Origin: a virus
Lineage: Duplodnaviria > Heunggongvirae > Uroviricota > Caudoviricetes
Direction: 5' to 3' (one strand)
IMG/VR virus record: IMGVR_UViG_3300003097_000006
Length of the DNA stretch: 64,000 nt
Both the position numbers and the translations under genes were made by a program. The notes beneath the pieces are model-generated. The model was not told where the DNA came from and did not search any database. It saw only the letters and a program-made list of their open reading frames with translations. Below are positions 26,325-33,805 of this stretch, piece after piece (within the stretch, counting starts at the first letter, position 1; every line of letters begins with the position of its first letter).

Positions 26325-26476
26325 TACTGGAGTTTAGGCTCCGAGTGAAGATTACGAGAAGGCTCATAACGGTCATACGTTTTTGAGCCACCAGACTGCT
26401 TGATACTTGCGAAGCGGTCATGATTGAGCGCCTCGATAATATCTTTGCAGAAGAAGTCTTTAATGTGTTTCCACAT
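26324..26476 (-). CDS. hypothetical small protein (50 aa)
   Basis: A TGAGGT ribosome-binding site precedes ATG 26474-26476. The translation is MWKHIKDFFCKDIIEALNHD... It lies between tRNA-Cys and gene 25902..26318. Confidence 0.3.
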   Translation of the reverse strand: MWKHIKDFFCKDIIEALNHDRFASIKQSGGSKTYDRYEPSRNLHSEPKLQ

Positions 26477-26490
26477 AAATACCTCAGAAA

Positions 26491-26566
26491 TGGAGGATAG
26501 CACCCGATTCGAACGGGTGTGATTCGGATTTGCAATCCGATGCCTAAGCCACTCAGCCAGCTACCC
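26491..26566 (-). tRNA. tRNA-Cys (GCA)
   Basis: The reverse complement has acceptor GGGTAGC/GCTATCC, anticodon arm TCGGA-TTGCAAA-TCCGA (anticodon GCA), T-arm ACCCG-TTCGAAT-CGGGT, discriminator U73 (typical of tRNA-Cys) and an encoded CCA. Confidence 0.7.
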
Positions 26567-26572
26567 TATGAA

Positions 26573-26803
26573 TTATTTCAGGATGATATCAACGTCCAAC
26601 AGGTGCTTGACCCGCTGAGTGCAGGAGAAGTGCTTGAACCCGCCTTCCACATCAACAGCGTTAAAGTTAATCCCACGATGGCTTAGGTCTTTTGAATCGT
26701 TGACCTTAATGAACACGTTTGAATCAACCTGGAAGTATGACCAAAGAGGCAACTCACTGAAAGTTGCCTTTGCTTTAGTTTTATCAATCACTTTGATAGA
26801 CAT
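26573..26803 (-). CDS. hypothetical protein (76 aa)
   Basis: Minus-strand ORF. Confidence 0.5.
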   Translation of the reverse strand: MSIKVIDKTKAKATFSELPLWSYFQVDSNVFIKVNDSKDLSHRGINFNAVDVEGGFKHFSCTQRVKHLLDVDIILK

Positions 26804-26820
26804 GATATCACCCCTTGTGA

Positions 26821-27015
26821 TTATTCGCCTACAGACACACCGGTGCGGAAGCTTTTAGCACCCAGACGATTCATTGCCTTACGTGCCTGACGCTGGAGCT
26901 GAGCGCCCAGAACATCAACACGCTTGTTGGACTTGCGCTTGTAACCGTTGCGGGAGGTTGCCGGTTTAGCGAAAACTTTAGAGCTGGAATCTTGTTTCTT
27001 AGCACCTTTAGCCAT
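26821..27015 (-). CDS. small highly basic protein (64 aa)
   Basis: Lys/Arg-rich (AKGAKKQDSSSK...KRKSNKR). Possible nucleic-acid-binding protein. Confidence 0.5.
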   Translation of the reverse strand: MAKGAKKQDSSSKVFAKPATSRNGYKRKSNKRVDVLGAQLQRQARKAMNRLGAKSFRTGVSVGE

Positions 27016-27050
27016 TTTGAATCTCTCTTTGTTAGTTTGGTTAATTAAGT

Positions 27051-27133
27051 TGGAGCGGGCATCAGGAGTCGAACCTGAATCAGTTGCGCACCACTGTATG
27101 CCTACAATGGACTGATAATCCTATATTACCCGC
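27051..27133 (-). tRNA. probable tRNA (about 83 nt), anticodon arm not resolvable by eye
   Basis: The reverse complement has a 7-bp acceptor GCGGGTA/TGCCCGC, T-arm TCAGG-TTCGACT-CCTGA, discriminator U and an encoded CCA. The 48-nt core does not fold canonically. Confidence 0.4.
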
Positions 27134-27138
27134 TGAGG

Positions 27139-27217
27139 TGGGACGACCGAGGATTCGAACCTCGTACTGACTACGTAACAGCGCGCCTTCTGTAGCCAGC
27201 AACTACCTGCATCATCC
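27139..27217 (-). tRNA. probable tRNA (about 79 nt), anticodon arm not resolvable by eye
   Basis: The reverse complement has acceptor GGATGAT/GTCGTCC (with G-U pairs), T-arm CGAGG-TTCGAAT-CCTCG, discriminator C and an encoded CCA. The core is non-canonical, with GCGCGC and CTACGTAG palindromes. Confidence 0.4.
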
Positions 27218-27726
27218 ATCGAGCCCCCTTTCCTTAATACAGAGTAGGGAGAACACTCCGGTCGTTTCGATTATGAAGGCGACTCACCCTTCACGAGCGC
27301 ATTGGCGATTAAGCTGCTACTCGGAACGCATTATCATTTGCATTTATCTTTGTGGTCTGTTTCTTAAAAACCGCATAGACGCTACGACGATAACGAAAAC
27401 CTTTAAGAACTCTCGTGAGAACTCTTAGAGCTTTTCGTTGCCGCCTGTATCGTAGACGGCACACGCCCTATCAAGGGAAGCATTCTTAGTTCGAGTCACA
27501 TTCTCGGTTAAATTTACTGCTTCGGACTAGCTCGGATAGATTTCATAGTTTCTTTTCCGGATTCGCGGAGGTTAATGGGCGATGCCGAGTTTTGTTAGAG
27601 CAGGTTTTCTCGGAAACTGCTTGTCAGATGTTTGTTAACCCAGTTGTCTCTGGAAGGCTTGTACCGTCAACCCCTATTGGCGAGGTGAGATTGATAGTCT
27701 CATAGGGGCTGGCAGGTGGCGTCCGA

Positions 27727-27906
27727 TTACACCAACTGAGTCCCGAAAGGACGGGTTTGCTCAATCATGTTGATGTTACGGACAATGCCGCGAAGAATAA
27801 CCGCTTCAGATTTGAGAGCACCATTGCTGATGCTTTCCATCTTGGAAGGGCGATTCATACGCTTTTCAGCGTTGCGGCGAAATGCTTTGAGGTTACGAGA
27901 ATTCAT
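27727..27906 (-). CDS. hypothetical basic protein (about 59 aa)
   Basis: ATG 27904-27906 overlaps the 3' end of the zinc-finger gene by 14 nt. The translation is MNSRNLKAFRRNAEKRMNRPSK... It is below the ORF-track cutoff. Confidence 0.3.
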   Translation of the reverse strand: MNSRNLKAFRRNAEKRMNRPSKMESISNGALKSEAVILRGIVRNINMIEQTRPFGTQLV

Positions 27907-28108
27907 TTATGTCTTCCTTAATTTGCATGAGGAGGGTTTCTTTAGGTACAGCACAACCCGTACCATCGCAGGAGGTGCATGTCCAAGAGTTATAGGACAT
28001 GTCACCAGGTTCGGCATCGTCACACTGACCTGTTCCGTGACAAACGGGACACTTCATGGCCTCGACGTGGCGCTTTAAATTCTGGTAAAAGCCGGTAGGC
28101 TGAGGCAT
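27893..28108 (-). CDS. small zinc-finger protein (71 aa)
   Basis: CPVCHGTGQC...CTSCDGTGC. An AGGAG ribosome-binding site lies 9 nt upstream of ATG 28106-28108. Confidence 0.5.
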   Translation of the reverse strand: MPQPTGFYQNLKRHVEAMKCPVCHGTGQCDDAEPGDMSYNSWTCTSCDGTGCAVPKETLLMQIKEDINEFS

Positions 28109-28343
28109 TGAATCGTGCTCCTGTAAAGATTAAACCTTCACCAGAGCATTGATATGGCGTCAGGTCAGTGGCTTTGAAGAACATCTCACGAGCAACAGCA
28201 CGTAACTTGTTTACCATGCTTGTGTTTGAATCATGACGATACAGACAAAGACTGAGTTTGTAGAAAGTCCCCTTACACTTGAAGTACAAGGCATCGCGGT
28301 CTTTGTCGATTGATTTTTTATAAACTGTAACTATAACAGCCAT
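28020..28343 (-). CDS. hypothetical protein (about 107 aa); overlaps the zinc-finger gene by 89 nt in another frame
   Basis: The track ORF 28020..28538 is trimmed to the internal Met directly after the stop of the 28345..28644 gene. Confidence 0.35.
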   Translation of the reverse strand: MAVIVTVYKKSIDKDRDALYFKCKGTFYKLSLCLYRHDSNTSMVNKLRAVAREMFFKATDLTPYQCSGEGLIFTGARFNASAYRLLPEFKAPRRGHEVSRLSRNRSV

Positions 28344-28344
28344 T

Positions 28345-28644
28345 TTATTTTCTCCAGACCGGTTTGACTTTACCAGGGTTAAACCAGTCCCACTTGGAAC
28401 TATAAACCCCTTTTGCTGGGCCATATATTGATACTCCATTCTTTTTTGGATAGGAGCGATAGCCTTTCCACCAGACACGCTTGAGATAACCATCAGCGTC
28501 CAACTCACCGATACGAACATAGCCACGCTTAGTAGCATAACGTTTTGCAGTGAGCAGGTTATGTCTGACGTAGACCACTTCGTTTTTCTTAGTCATAATG
28601 ACATAAGTTTCAGCGGGGAATTTGAACACTGAGTCAGCCGTCAT
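28345..28644 (-). CDS. hypothetical protein (99 aa)
   Basis: Minus-strand ORF. Basic and Trp/Tyr-rich. Confidence 0.5.
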   Translation of the reverse strand: MTADSVFKFPAETYVIMTKKNEVVYVRHNLLTAKRYATKRGYVRIGELDADGYLKRVWWKGYRSYPKKNGVSIYGPAKGVYSSKWDWFNPGKVKPVWRK

Positions 28645-28649
28645 AGTAG

Positions 28650-29018
28650 TTAAGCCTTTTCTAAGAGCTTGTCACTCTCACGTTTAAATTCTTCAATCAA
28701 ACCATCATCAGGTTCAATAGGCATTAAATGCTTTTCAGCAATTAATGCGTAATCATCTGGTATGTTTGAATTGTAAATTTCAGGATTCTTTCTGAACCCC
28801 TCACTGCGGATGAGCCACAGGTTGATATCACATCGACGGATTTTAAAAGTTTTACCTGGGAAGATTACACAACTTCCCACCCAAGTCCCTTCTTCATCCA
28901 CCTCATGTGCAGCGAATCGCTGAACCAGAGTAACTGACTTACCGACTAAATGCTTTTTGCCGTAGTTAGTACGAGCATTAATTACAAGAGCATTTTCACC
29001 AGGAATTAAACCTTTCAC
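28650..29018 (-). CDS. hypothetical protein (122 aa, GTG start)
   Basis: An AAGGAG ribosome-binding site lies 7 nt upstream of GTG 29016-29018. The promoter-like box at 29037-29059 is immediately upstream. Confidence 0.55.
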   Translation of the reverse strand: MKGLIPGENALVINARTNYGKKHLVGKSVTLVQRFAAHEVDEEGTWVGSCVIFPGKTFKIRRCDINLWLIRSEGFRKNPEIYNSNIPDDYALIAEKHLMPIEPDDGLIEEFKRESDKLLEKA

Positions 29019-29036
29019 AGTGAACTCCTTATTATA

Positions 29037-29059
29037 TGTGGATTAACTGACTAATAAAT
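29037..29059 (-). promoter_or_regulatory. conserved promoter-like box, copy 3 (GTTAATCCACATATAATAAGGAG on the minus strand)
   Basis: Contains an exact TATAAT. It is directly followed by the ribosome-binding site and start of gene 28650..29018. Confidence 0.5.
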
Positions 29060-29342
29060 ACTCAGAGAATACTCATTAGTGAGTTGCCAGTCTCTTCCTG
29101 GCCGTCAAACCTAATCGGTGTCATAGCGGTTAACTATGTATGCGAGGTAAATCTCCATGTGGGAGCAAAACCTCCACCTAACTCATTCATTCCTATTCCA
29201 ACGTGCTCGGCCAAAGGAGGAGACCTTATCTGTACAACGAGTTGGTAGACTCACAGAGGGCTACATTGGGGAATTGTCCCATTTCAGAGAATTGACGATG
29301 AGCTGCCGCCTTCAGCAACGCAGACTAGCGTCTACAGCAGTG

Positions 29343-29501
29343 TTATTTTTCGGTCAGATAACGAATATCTGCCAGGATTTTGAATTGTTGCCCACAGTGT
29401 GTGCAGGTAACACGAATCTGGTCGAACTGACGTACACGATATGCAATCGTCCACGGTGTAACTTCTTTCTTACCCTCGCAATGAGGACAAGTAACAAACA
29501 T
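29343..29501 (-). CDS. small zinc-ribbon protein (52 aa)
   Basis: The translation MFVTCPHCEGKK...VTCTHCGQQF has two CxxC pairs. It is below the ORF-track cutoff. Confidence 0.4.
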   Translation of the reverse strand: MFVTCPHCEGKKEVTPWTIAYRVRQFDQIRVTCTHCGQQFKILADIRYLTEK

Positions 29502-29502
29502 C

Positions 29503-29685
29503 TTATCCACTTTTGATTACCTCTGTTTTAAATGTGTAGTCTGCACGAATATTGAATTCGGTTTCGCAGCCAGAGCATTTACGTTTAATGGGAGCGCCAG
29601 CCTTAACAAGACCTGAGACGCTATCTGATAAATTACCCCGTGTACCACACACAGGGCAGAAGAAAGCATTTTTGAAAATATCCAT
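29503..29685 (-). CDS. small zinc-ribbon protein (60 aa, start at MDIFKN)
   Basis: FFCPVCGTRG...KCSGCETEF. The track ORF 29503..29784 is trimmed so that it abuts the upstream 60-aa gene. Confidence 0.45.
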   Translation of the reverse strand: MDIFKNAFFCPVCGTRGNLSDSVSGLVKAGAPIKRKCSGCETEFNIRADYTFKTEVIKSG

Positions 29686-29686
29686 G

Positions 29687-29869
29687 CTACCAACCACGGA
29701 TAGTGTTGTTACGGCGTACAGAGTACTCTTCTTCACGCAGACGGCGAAGATTCTCGCTAATCTGTTGTGTTTCAGATTTCTCATTCTTCTTATTCAGAAG
29801 ACGCTCACGACGGTCTAAGTCACGCTCAGTCTGTCCGATAACAGCAGGTTTCATTTCTTTGGTATCCAT
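29687..29869 (-). CDS. hypothetical Arg/Glu-rich protein (60 aa)
   Basis: Minus-strand ORF fitting exactly between its neighbours. Confidence 0.4.
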   Translation of the reverse strand: MDTKEMKPAVIGQTERDLDRRERLLNKKNEKSETQQISENLRRLREEEYSVRRNNTIRGW

Positions 29870-30228
29870 CTTCTCTGTTGGAAATTAATGCTCCGAGCAT
29901 ACAGCGCCAAATGATTTGCACGATTGGCGATAACTTCAAGCGGGATGTCACCCTGCTCAAGCCCGGCGTCACAGTAGTACTTCTGGTGCAGACAAACACC
30001 CATCGCATACTCTCGACGGTTCTGCCAGATAGTAAAGAAGTCGTCTAACATTTCATCACTGAACTTGATGTATGGGTCAGACTTCATTCGGTTGATTGCC
30101 TCCGGTGATAGAGGCAACGGAGAGTGAGGCTTCATTGTGTGAGGGTAAATGTCACACATCATCGGCTTCACTGCTTTGTAATTCTCGTACTGCTCAGGGG
30201 TGAAGTGCGTTATCTCTGCCCGTACCAT
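29851..30228 (-). CDS. hypothetical protein (125 aa)
   Basis: Minus-strand ORF. Confidence 0.5.
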   Translation of the reverse strand: MVRAEITHFTPEQYENYKAVKPMMCDIYPHTMKPHSPLPLSPEAINRMKSDPYIKFSDEMLDDFFTIWQNRREYAMGVCLHQKYYCDAGLEQGDIPLEVIANRANHLALYARSINFQQRRWIPKK

Positions 30229-30592
30229 TTAGAACCTTCGATTTATTAGCCTCACCTACAACATAATACGAACCCCAAAGAGGTGTATAAATCTTGCAAG
30301 ACTGAGAAGGGTTTAAGTCACAACCTGTTTGCTCTTCTGCGAGACGAAGTACATCGACTAACGTCGCTTCTGTCTTTGATTTCGCACCCATCTCGATAGC
30401 TTCAAGATAACTATCGAAAACCATATCAAGACAAGTATCAGAGTCGCTTTGATTAGCAGCATCACACACCACCTTAGCGTCGTCGTTCATTTCATCAACG
30501 ATAGCTTGCGGCAGGAATACATCTGATTCATGTGCAAGCGCAGGAGCTGGATGACAAGCAGTCATCAACAGAATTAAAAGTAAACGTTTCAC
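30194..30592 (-). CDS. hypothetical secreted protein (132 aa) with signal peptide
   Basis: MKRLLLILLMTACHPAPALA is a signal peptide. Several Cys residues are present. Confidence 0.5.
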   Translation of the reverse strand: MKRLLLILLMTACHPAPALAHESDVFLPQAIVDEMNDDAKVVCDAANQSDSDTCLDMVFDSYLEAIEMGAKSKTEATLVDVLRLAEEQTGCDLNPSQSCKIYTPLWGSYYVVGEANKSKVLNGTGRDNALHP

Positions 30593-30595
30593 TAC

Positions 30596-30856
30596 TCACC
30601 TCAGTTGGCTGTCTTTCGAGCCTCTACGATTGTATCCAGAAGCAACCATACGGTCATTACCAGATTGGCAGCGGATACAGTGTGTGCAGCCCGGAACAGC
30701 TAATCGGCGGGCTTTAGGAATTGTCCGACCACAAGCTAAGCAATGGGTTCGAGCCTGTCCTCTCTTGATTTGAGAGCGAGCAAAGTCAACAGCATTATCC
30801 ACTGTAGCTTGAATAGTCTCTTGATGGTTGTCTACAGAACCGAACCCAACAGCCAT
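30596..30856 (-). CDS. DksA/TraR-family C4 zinc-finger protein
   Basis: CLACGRTIPKARRLAVPGCTHCIRCQ is the CxxC-x17-CxxC signature of the DksA/TraR family. Confidence 0.6.
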   Translation of the reverse strand: MAVGFGSVDNHQETIQATVDNAVDFARSQIKRGQARTHCLACGRTIPKARRLAVPGCTHCIRCQSGNDRMVASGYNRRGSKDSQLR

Positions 30857-31098
30857 TACTTGATTACCTCTAATGATTTGATGCTACGGGCTTCTACTAC
30901 CCCGTCAGACCACTTAACCCACACACGCTGGATGTTACCAGTGAATGCTGTAATAGTCCCAAACACCTGCTGGGTTGGTCGTGCATAGCGATAAAGCACT
31001 TTCTTATTTAACAGCACTTCACGCTGTACCTGGTTGACAGGTGCGCCGTTGTTGTTATCAAGAGAGGCTTTTAATAATTGGAAAGCTGATTGACGCAT
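30856..31098 (-). CDS. hypothetical protein (80 aa)
   Basis: Minus-strand ORF. Confidence 0.5.
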   Translation of the reverse strand: MRQSAFQLLKASLDNNNGAPVNQVQREVLLNKKVLYRYARPTQQVFGTITAFTGNIQRVWVKWSDGVVEARSIKSLEVIK

Positions 31099-31188
31099 GA
31101 TTTACATCCCCAAAGCTGCGGCAAATAACAGGCCGCCAAACACACCAGTGGCGCACAACGCAACCACACCAGACACAACAGAACGCGC

Positions 31189-31200
31189 CGTCACAGTAGT
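31189..31200 (-). repeat. 12-mer ACTACTGTGACG (minus strand), copy b
   Basis: Lies inside a small hydrophobic ORF (31102..31308 frame) and encodes the peptide N-T-T-V-T-A. Confidence 0.5.
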
Positions 31201-31201
31201 A

Positions 31202-31609
31202 TTACGAGTTGCCATGAGTGAGCACCTTAACCATTGCATATGGATTGATTGAAGTAATGTCGCCAGTTTCCAGAACTTTGGCACGAACTTCGGAGAAATC
31301 ACCCTCATTTTCGAGGATTAAAAACGTTTCAGAGTTGAAGTTGTTCTTATCATCTGCCATACGAACAACATCATTCACATCAAGTGCGCCAGCTTCGACT
31401 GGTTCGACTGCCTGAGTAGGCAGGAATTCGCACCGTGCATACGGCTGAAACTTCATGATACGCTTAGTATCTTCTTGAATGGCAAGCACATTGTCGTACT
31501 CACCATACATACGAATACACACGAACACCGCGCCGTTTGCTGTAAAACGTTCGCCGATATTCAATTCAAACATTTCTTTACGCATAGTTTTAGTCATGAT
31601 TAACTCCAA
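31202..31609 (-). CDS. hypothetical protein (135 aa)
   Basis: Minus-strand ORF. Overlaps the small hydrophobic ORF 31102..31308. Confidence 0.5.
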   Translation of the reverse strand: MELIMTKTMRKEMFELNIGERFTANGAVFVCIRMYGEYDNVLAIQEDTKRIMKFQPYARCEFLPTQAVEPVEAGALDVNDVVRMADDKNNFNSETFLILENEGDFSEVRAKVLETGDITSINPYAMVKVLTHGNS

Positions 31610-31788
31610 ATATCACGTTTAACAGTGAGATTGATTTGTGGTTTGCTACCAAACAAAGCCACACGAATCAGAGGCCACAGGGCAAGGATAAAGAAAACGC
31701 TTGCCAACATGTTGCCGCCCATGAGCCAGAAGAAGGCAGCCAGGATAAGGAACAATACAGACAGAGCAACAGTCAGAAACGTTTTCAT
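31600..31788 (-). CDS. small membrane protein (62 aa, 2 transmembrane helices)
   Basis: LTVALSVLFLILAAFFWLMGG and ASVFFILALWPLIRVALFG. Confidence 0.45.
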   Translation of the reverse strand: MKTFLTVALSVLFLILAAFFWLMGGNMLASVFFILALWPLIRVALFGSKPQINLTVKRDIWS

Positions 31789-31790
31789 AA

Positions 31791-32360
31791 TTAACCCTTA
31801 AACAGATTCCAGTGAACACGGAGTGCTTCCATGTCCAACTTAACACGGTGTTCTTTCAACTCTGTACCTTCATACAAAGCTGAATATGGATGATAGCAGT
31901 TGAAGTGTACTTTCATAGTGTCAGGGTCAACACTCATAAGTCCACGTTCAAACAGGATACGCAGAGTCGTGTCAAACAGTATTCCATTTGACGTACCATC
32001 ACCACCAGTAGGACGAATCATTGCAGCCTGCAAGCATTTGTCAATCTTATGACCCGTTACAGCACACTTACCACCAAAGTTAGCCATGACACGCTTATGG
32101 AATGTCATGAATTCAGTTTTAGGCGTTGCAGGAGCTGGAACATTTGCTTTGCTGGGCGGCGTCACAGTAGTTTGTGACACCTGGCGGTGACGGTGAAGTT
32201 GTGGGCGATAAGTTACCGTCTCTTCTGTTGCCCGCTGCTCTGCCTCAATACGTGCTTGACGTTGACGCTGAGCTTTTGTCGGTTTGTTTAACAGATTGTT
32301 TTGAGCCTTGAGCATATCAGCAATGATACGGTCTTGCTCCTCACGAGACGGCATATTCAT
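31791..32360 (-). CDS. HNH endonuclease (HNH_2-like) with basic N-terminal region
   Basis: GGKCAVTGHKIDKCLQAAMIRP...SNGILFDTTLRILFERGLMSVDP matches the HNH_2 pattern (C..TG....L.AAHI.P....NG..L....H.LFD.G). Confidence 0.6.
   Translation of the reverse strand: MNMPSREEQDRIIADMLKAQNNLLNKPTKAQRQRQARIEAEQRATEETVTYRPQLHRHRQVSQTTVTPPSKANVPAPATPKTEFMTFHKRVMANFGGKCAVTGHKIDKCLQAAMIRPTGGDGTSNGILFDTTLRILFERGLMSVDPDTMKVHFNCYHPYSALYEGTELKEHRVKLDMEALRVHWNLFKG
32160..32171 (-). repeat. 12-mer ACTACTGTGACG (minus strand), copy c, inside the palindrome GTCACAAACTACTGTGAC
   Basis: Lies inside the HNH gene and encodes the peptide Q-T-T-V-T-P. Confidence 0.5.
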
Positions 32361-32361
32361 T

Positions 32362-32571
32362 TTAAAATCCCCACACGTTATTCGTGTAACTCACACCTGT
32401 AGGCCGTGACGTGTCCGCCATTGACCTATCGTGTGCTTTCTTGATGTTAGCCTTGAGTTGTTTTCTCTCGGCCTGTAAACGTTTGTAGAGCTTTTTGCTC
32501 TTGACACGCGGAACACAGCGGCCTTTACACTTTTGAAGATGTTCGAGGTCGTTCCACGTTTTACTAGCCAT
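32362..32571 (-). CDS. hypothetical basic protein (about 70 aa, start at MASKTW)
   Basis: The track ORF 32362..32727 is trimmed. ATG 32569-32571 overlaps the stop of gene 32564..32932 by 8 nt. Confidence 0.35.
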   Translation of the reverse strand: MASKTWNDLEHLQKCKGRCVPRVKSKKLYKRLQAERKQLKANIKKAHDRSMADTSRPTGVSYTNNVWGF

Positions 32572-32932
32572 GACGCTTGCCCTTTGCAAACTTAGAGGAC
32601 TGGCGACGTGCTTTGTGAATCTTTGGCTTAGGTGTGCCACGAACACCACGACGATTAGGCGCAGCATTCTTTTCAGCCAGCATTTCAGGCGTATATGTAC
32701 GCTCGTCACCCAGCTTGATTGTTTCACCTGACACTTTGGTCTTAAAGCCGTGTTGACTCACCTGGTAGTGCAGACATTTACGCTTACGACCGTCTAAGAG
32801 CTTTGTAGTCAGTTCACTAGCAGTCTTACGACCACCCACAGGAGAAAGAGCTTGCTTGCGTTTAGGCTGGCGAGATTTACCCTTTGGTTTGACTGCGTAG
32901 ATTGACGCATTCATGATGAATTGAACAGACAT
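32564..32932 (-). CDS. hypothetical highly basic protein (122 aa)
   Basis: An AAGGGG ribosome-binding site is present. Lys/Arg-rich. The 12-mer motif copy d lies about 30 nt upstream. Confidence 0.5.
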   Translation of the reverse strand: MSVQFIMNASIYAVKPKGKSRQPKRKQALSPVGGRKTASELTTKLLDGRKRKCLHYQVSQHGFKTKVSGETIKLGDERTYTPEMLAEKNAAPNRRGVRGTPKPKIHKARRQSSKFAKGKRHG

Positions 32933-32963
32933 ACTAACCCCTTGTCAGTTGATAGGCGCACCC

Positions 32964-32975
32964 GTCACAGTAGTT
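32964..32975 (-). repeat. 12-mer ACTACTGTGACG (minus strand), copy d, flanked by GGTGCGCC direct repeats
   Basis: Non-coding position between the 41-aa ORF and gene 32564..32932. Confidence 0.5.
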
Positions 32976-32993
32976 TCGAGGCGCACCAGTGCT

Positions 32994-33118
32994 TAGATAA
33001 ACATACTTGCAACAATCATTGCAGCGATAATCAATCCGGCAAACTTTGCCCAGAATGCTGCCACACCTTCATGAATGTTAATATCACCGTATTCAACGGT
33101 GTACTTGTTACGCTTCAT
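32994..33118 (-). CDS. small membrane-anchored peptide (41 aa)
   Basis: A strong AGGAG ribosome-binding site lies 8 nt upstream of ATG 33116-33118. The translation MKRNKYTVEYGDINIHEGVAAFWAKFAGLIIAAMIVASMFI is hydrophobic at the C-terminus. It is below the ORF-track cutoff. Confidence 0.3.
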
Positions 33119-33187
33119 AACATTACTCCTATTGTTACCAGTGAATTTAATAAAGCCCCTGCTATCAGAGGCTTGATAATCCCACTG

Positions 33188-33805
33188 TTACGCCGCTTTT
33201 TTCTCTGCTTTGTTGCGCAGTTCACGGACGTTATCAGCCGCAAACATATCGCTAACAGCTTTCAGTGCCATGTTACGCAGCACGTCGATGTTAGCGCCGC
33301 TGTCAATCGCAGCCTGGATTTGAGACTGGATAGATGTACGGATTGCTTTTGCAGACTTATCCATGTCGTAGGATTTTTCAGTACGTGCCACGGTCTTTTT
33401 ATCGTGCAGCAGGGAGGTATGTTCCGCTTCGATGAAAGACTTAACAAAGGTACGGAAAGCAACCTTTTCTTCTTTCGTGGTCGCAACTTCGCCTTTTTCG
33501 GCGTTAGGTTTCCAGTTAACCACGGTGTAAGCCTTCTCTTTCTTATCAGCGGACGTGTTGTCTTTATCCAGCTTGATAGTCAGTTTAGCCATACGTGGCA
33601 GCAGGTCATTAATGACCGCCTTTTGTAACTGAGGGAAACGCTTGATAGCGTTCACGAAAAATTCAATGTTGGCCGGGTTACAGGAGTCTTTGCCCCAATA
33701 ATCAGACACAACTACTTCGAAAGACTTAACCAGACCACGGGAACCTTCACGGAAATTCTTGACGGATTCCAGAATCAGAGTTTGGGTAGCATTCAGTTTA
33801 GCCAT
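33188..33805 (-). CDS. hypothetical protein (about 205 aa); first gene of the leftward block
   Basis: ATG 33803-33805 has a GAGGTG ribosome-binding site. The track start at 33901 has no ribosome-binding site. Lys/Glu-rich, no recognisable motif. Confidence 0.55.
   Translation of the reverse strand: MAKLNATQTLILESVKNFREGSRGLVKSFEVVVSDYWGKDSCNPANIEFFVNAIKRFPQLQKAVINDLLPRMAKLTIKLDKDNTSADKKEKAYTVVNWKPNAEKGEVATTKEEKVAFRTFVKSFIEAEHTSLLHDKKTVARTEKSYDMDKSAKAIRTSIQSQIQAAIDSGANIDVLRNMALKAVSDMFAADNVRELRNKAEKKAA

Noticed and set aside
26290-26535. 81-aa minus-strand ORF
   Set aside because: Its 5' part runs through tRNA-Cys (26491..26566). A shorter in-frame-independent 50-aa ORF (26324..26476) with a ribosome-binding site explains the coding signal better.
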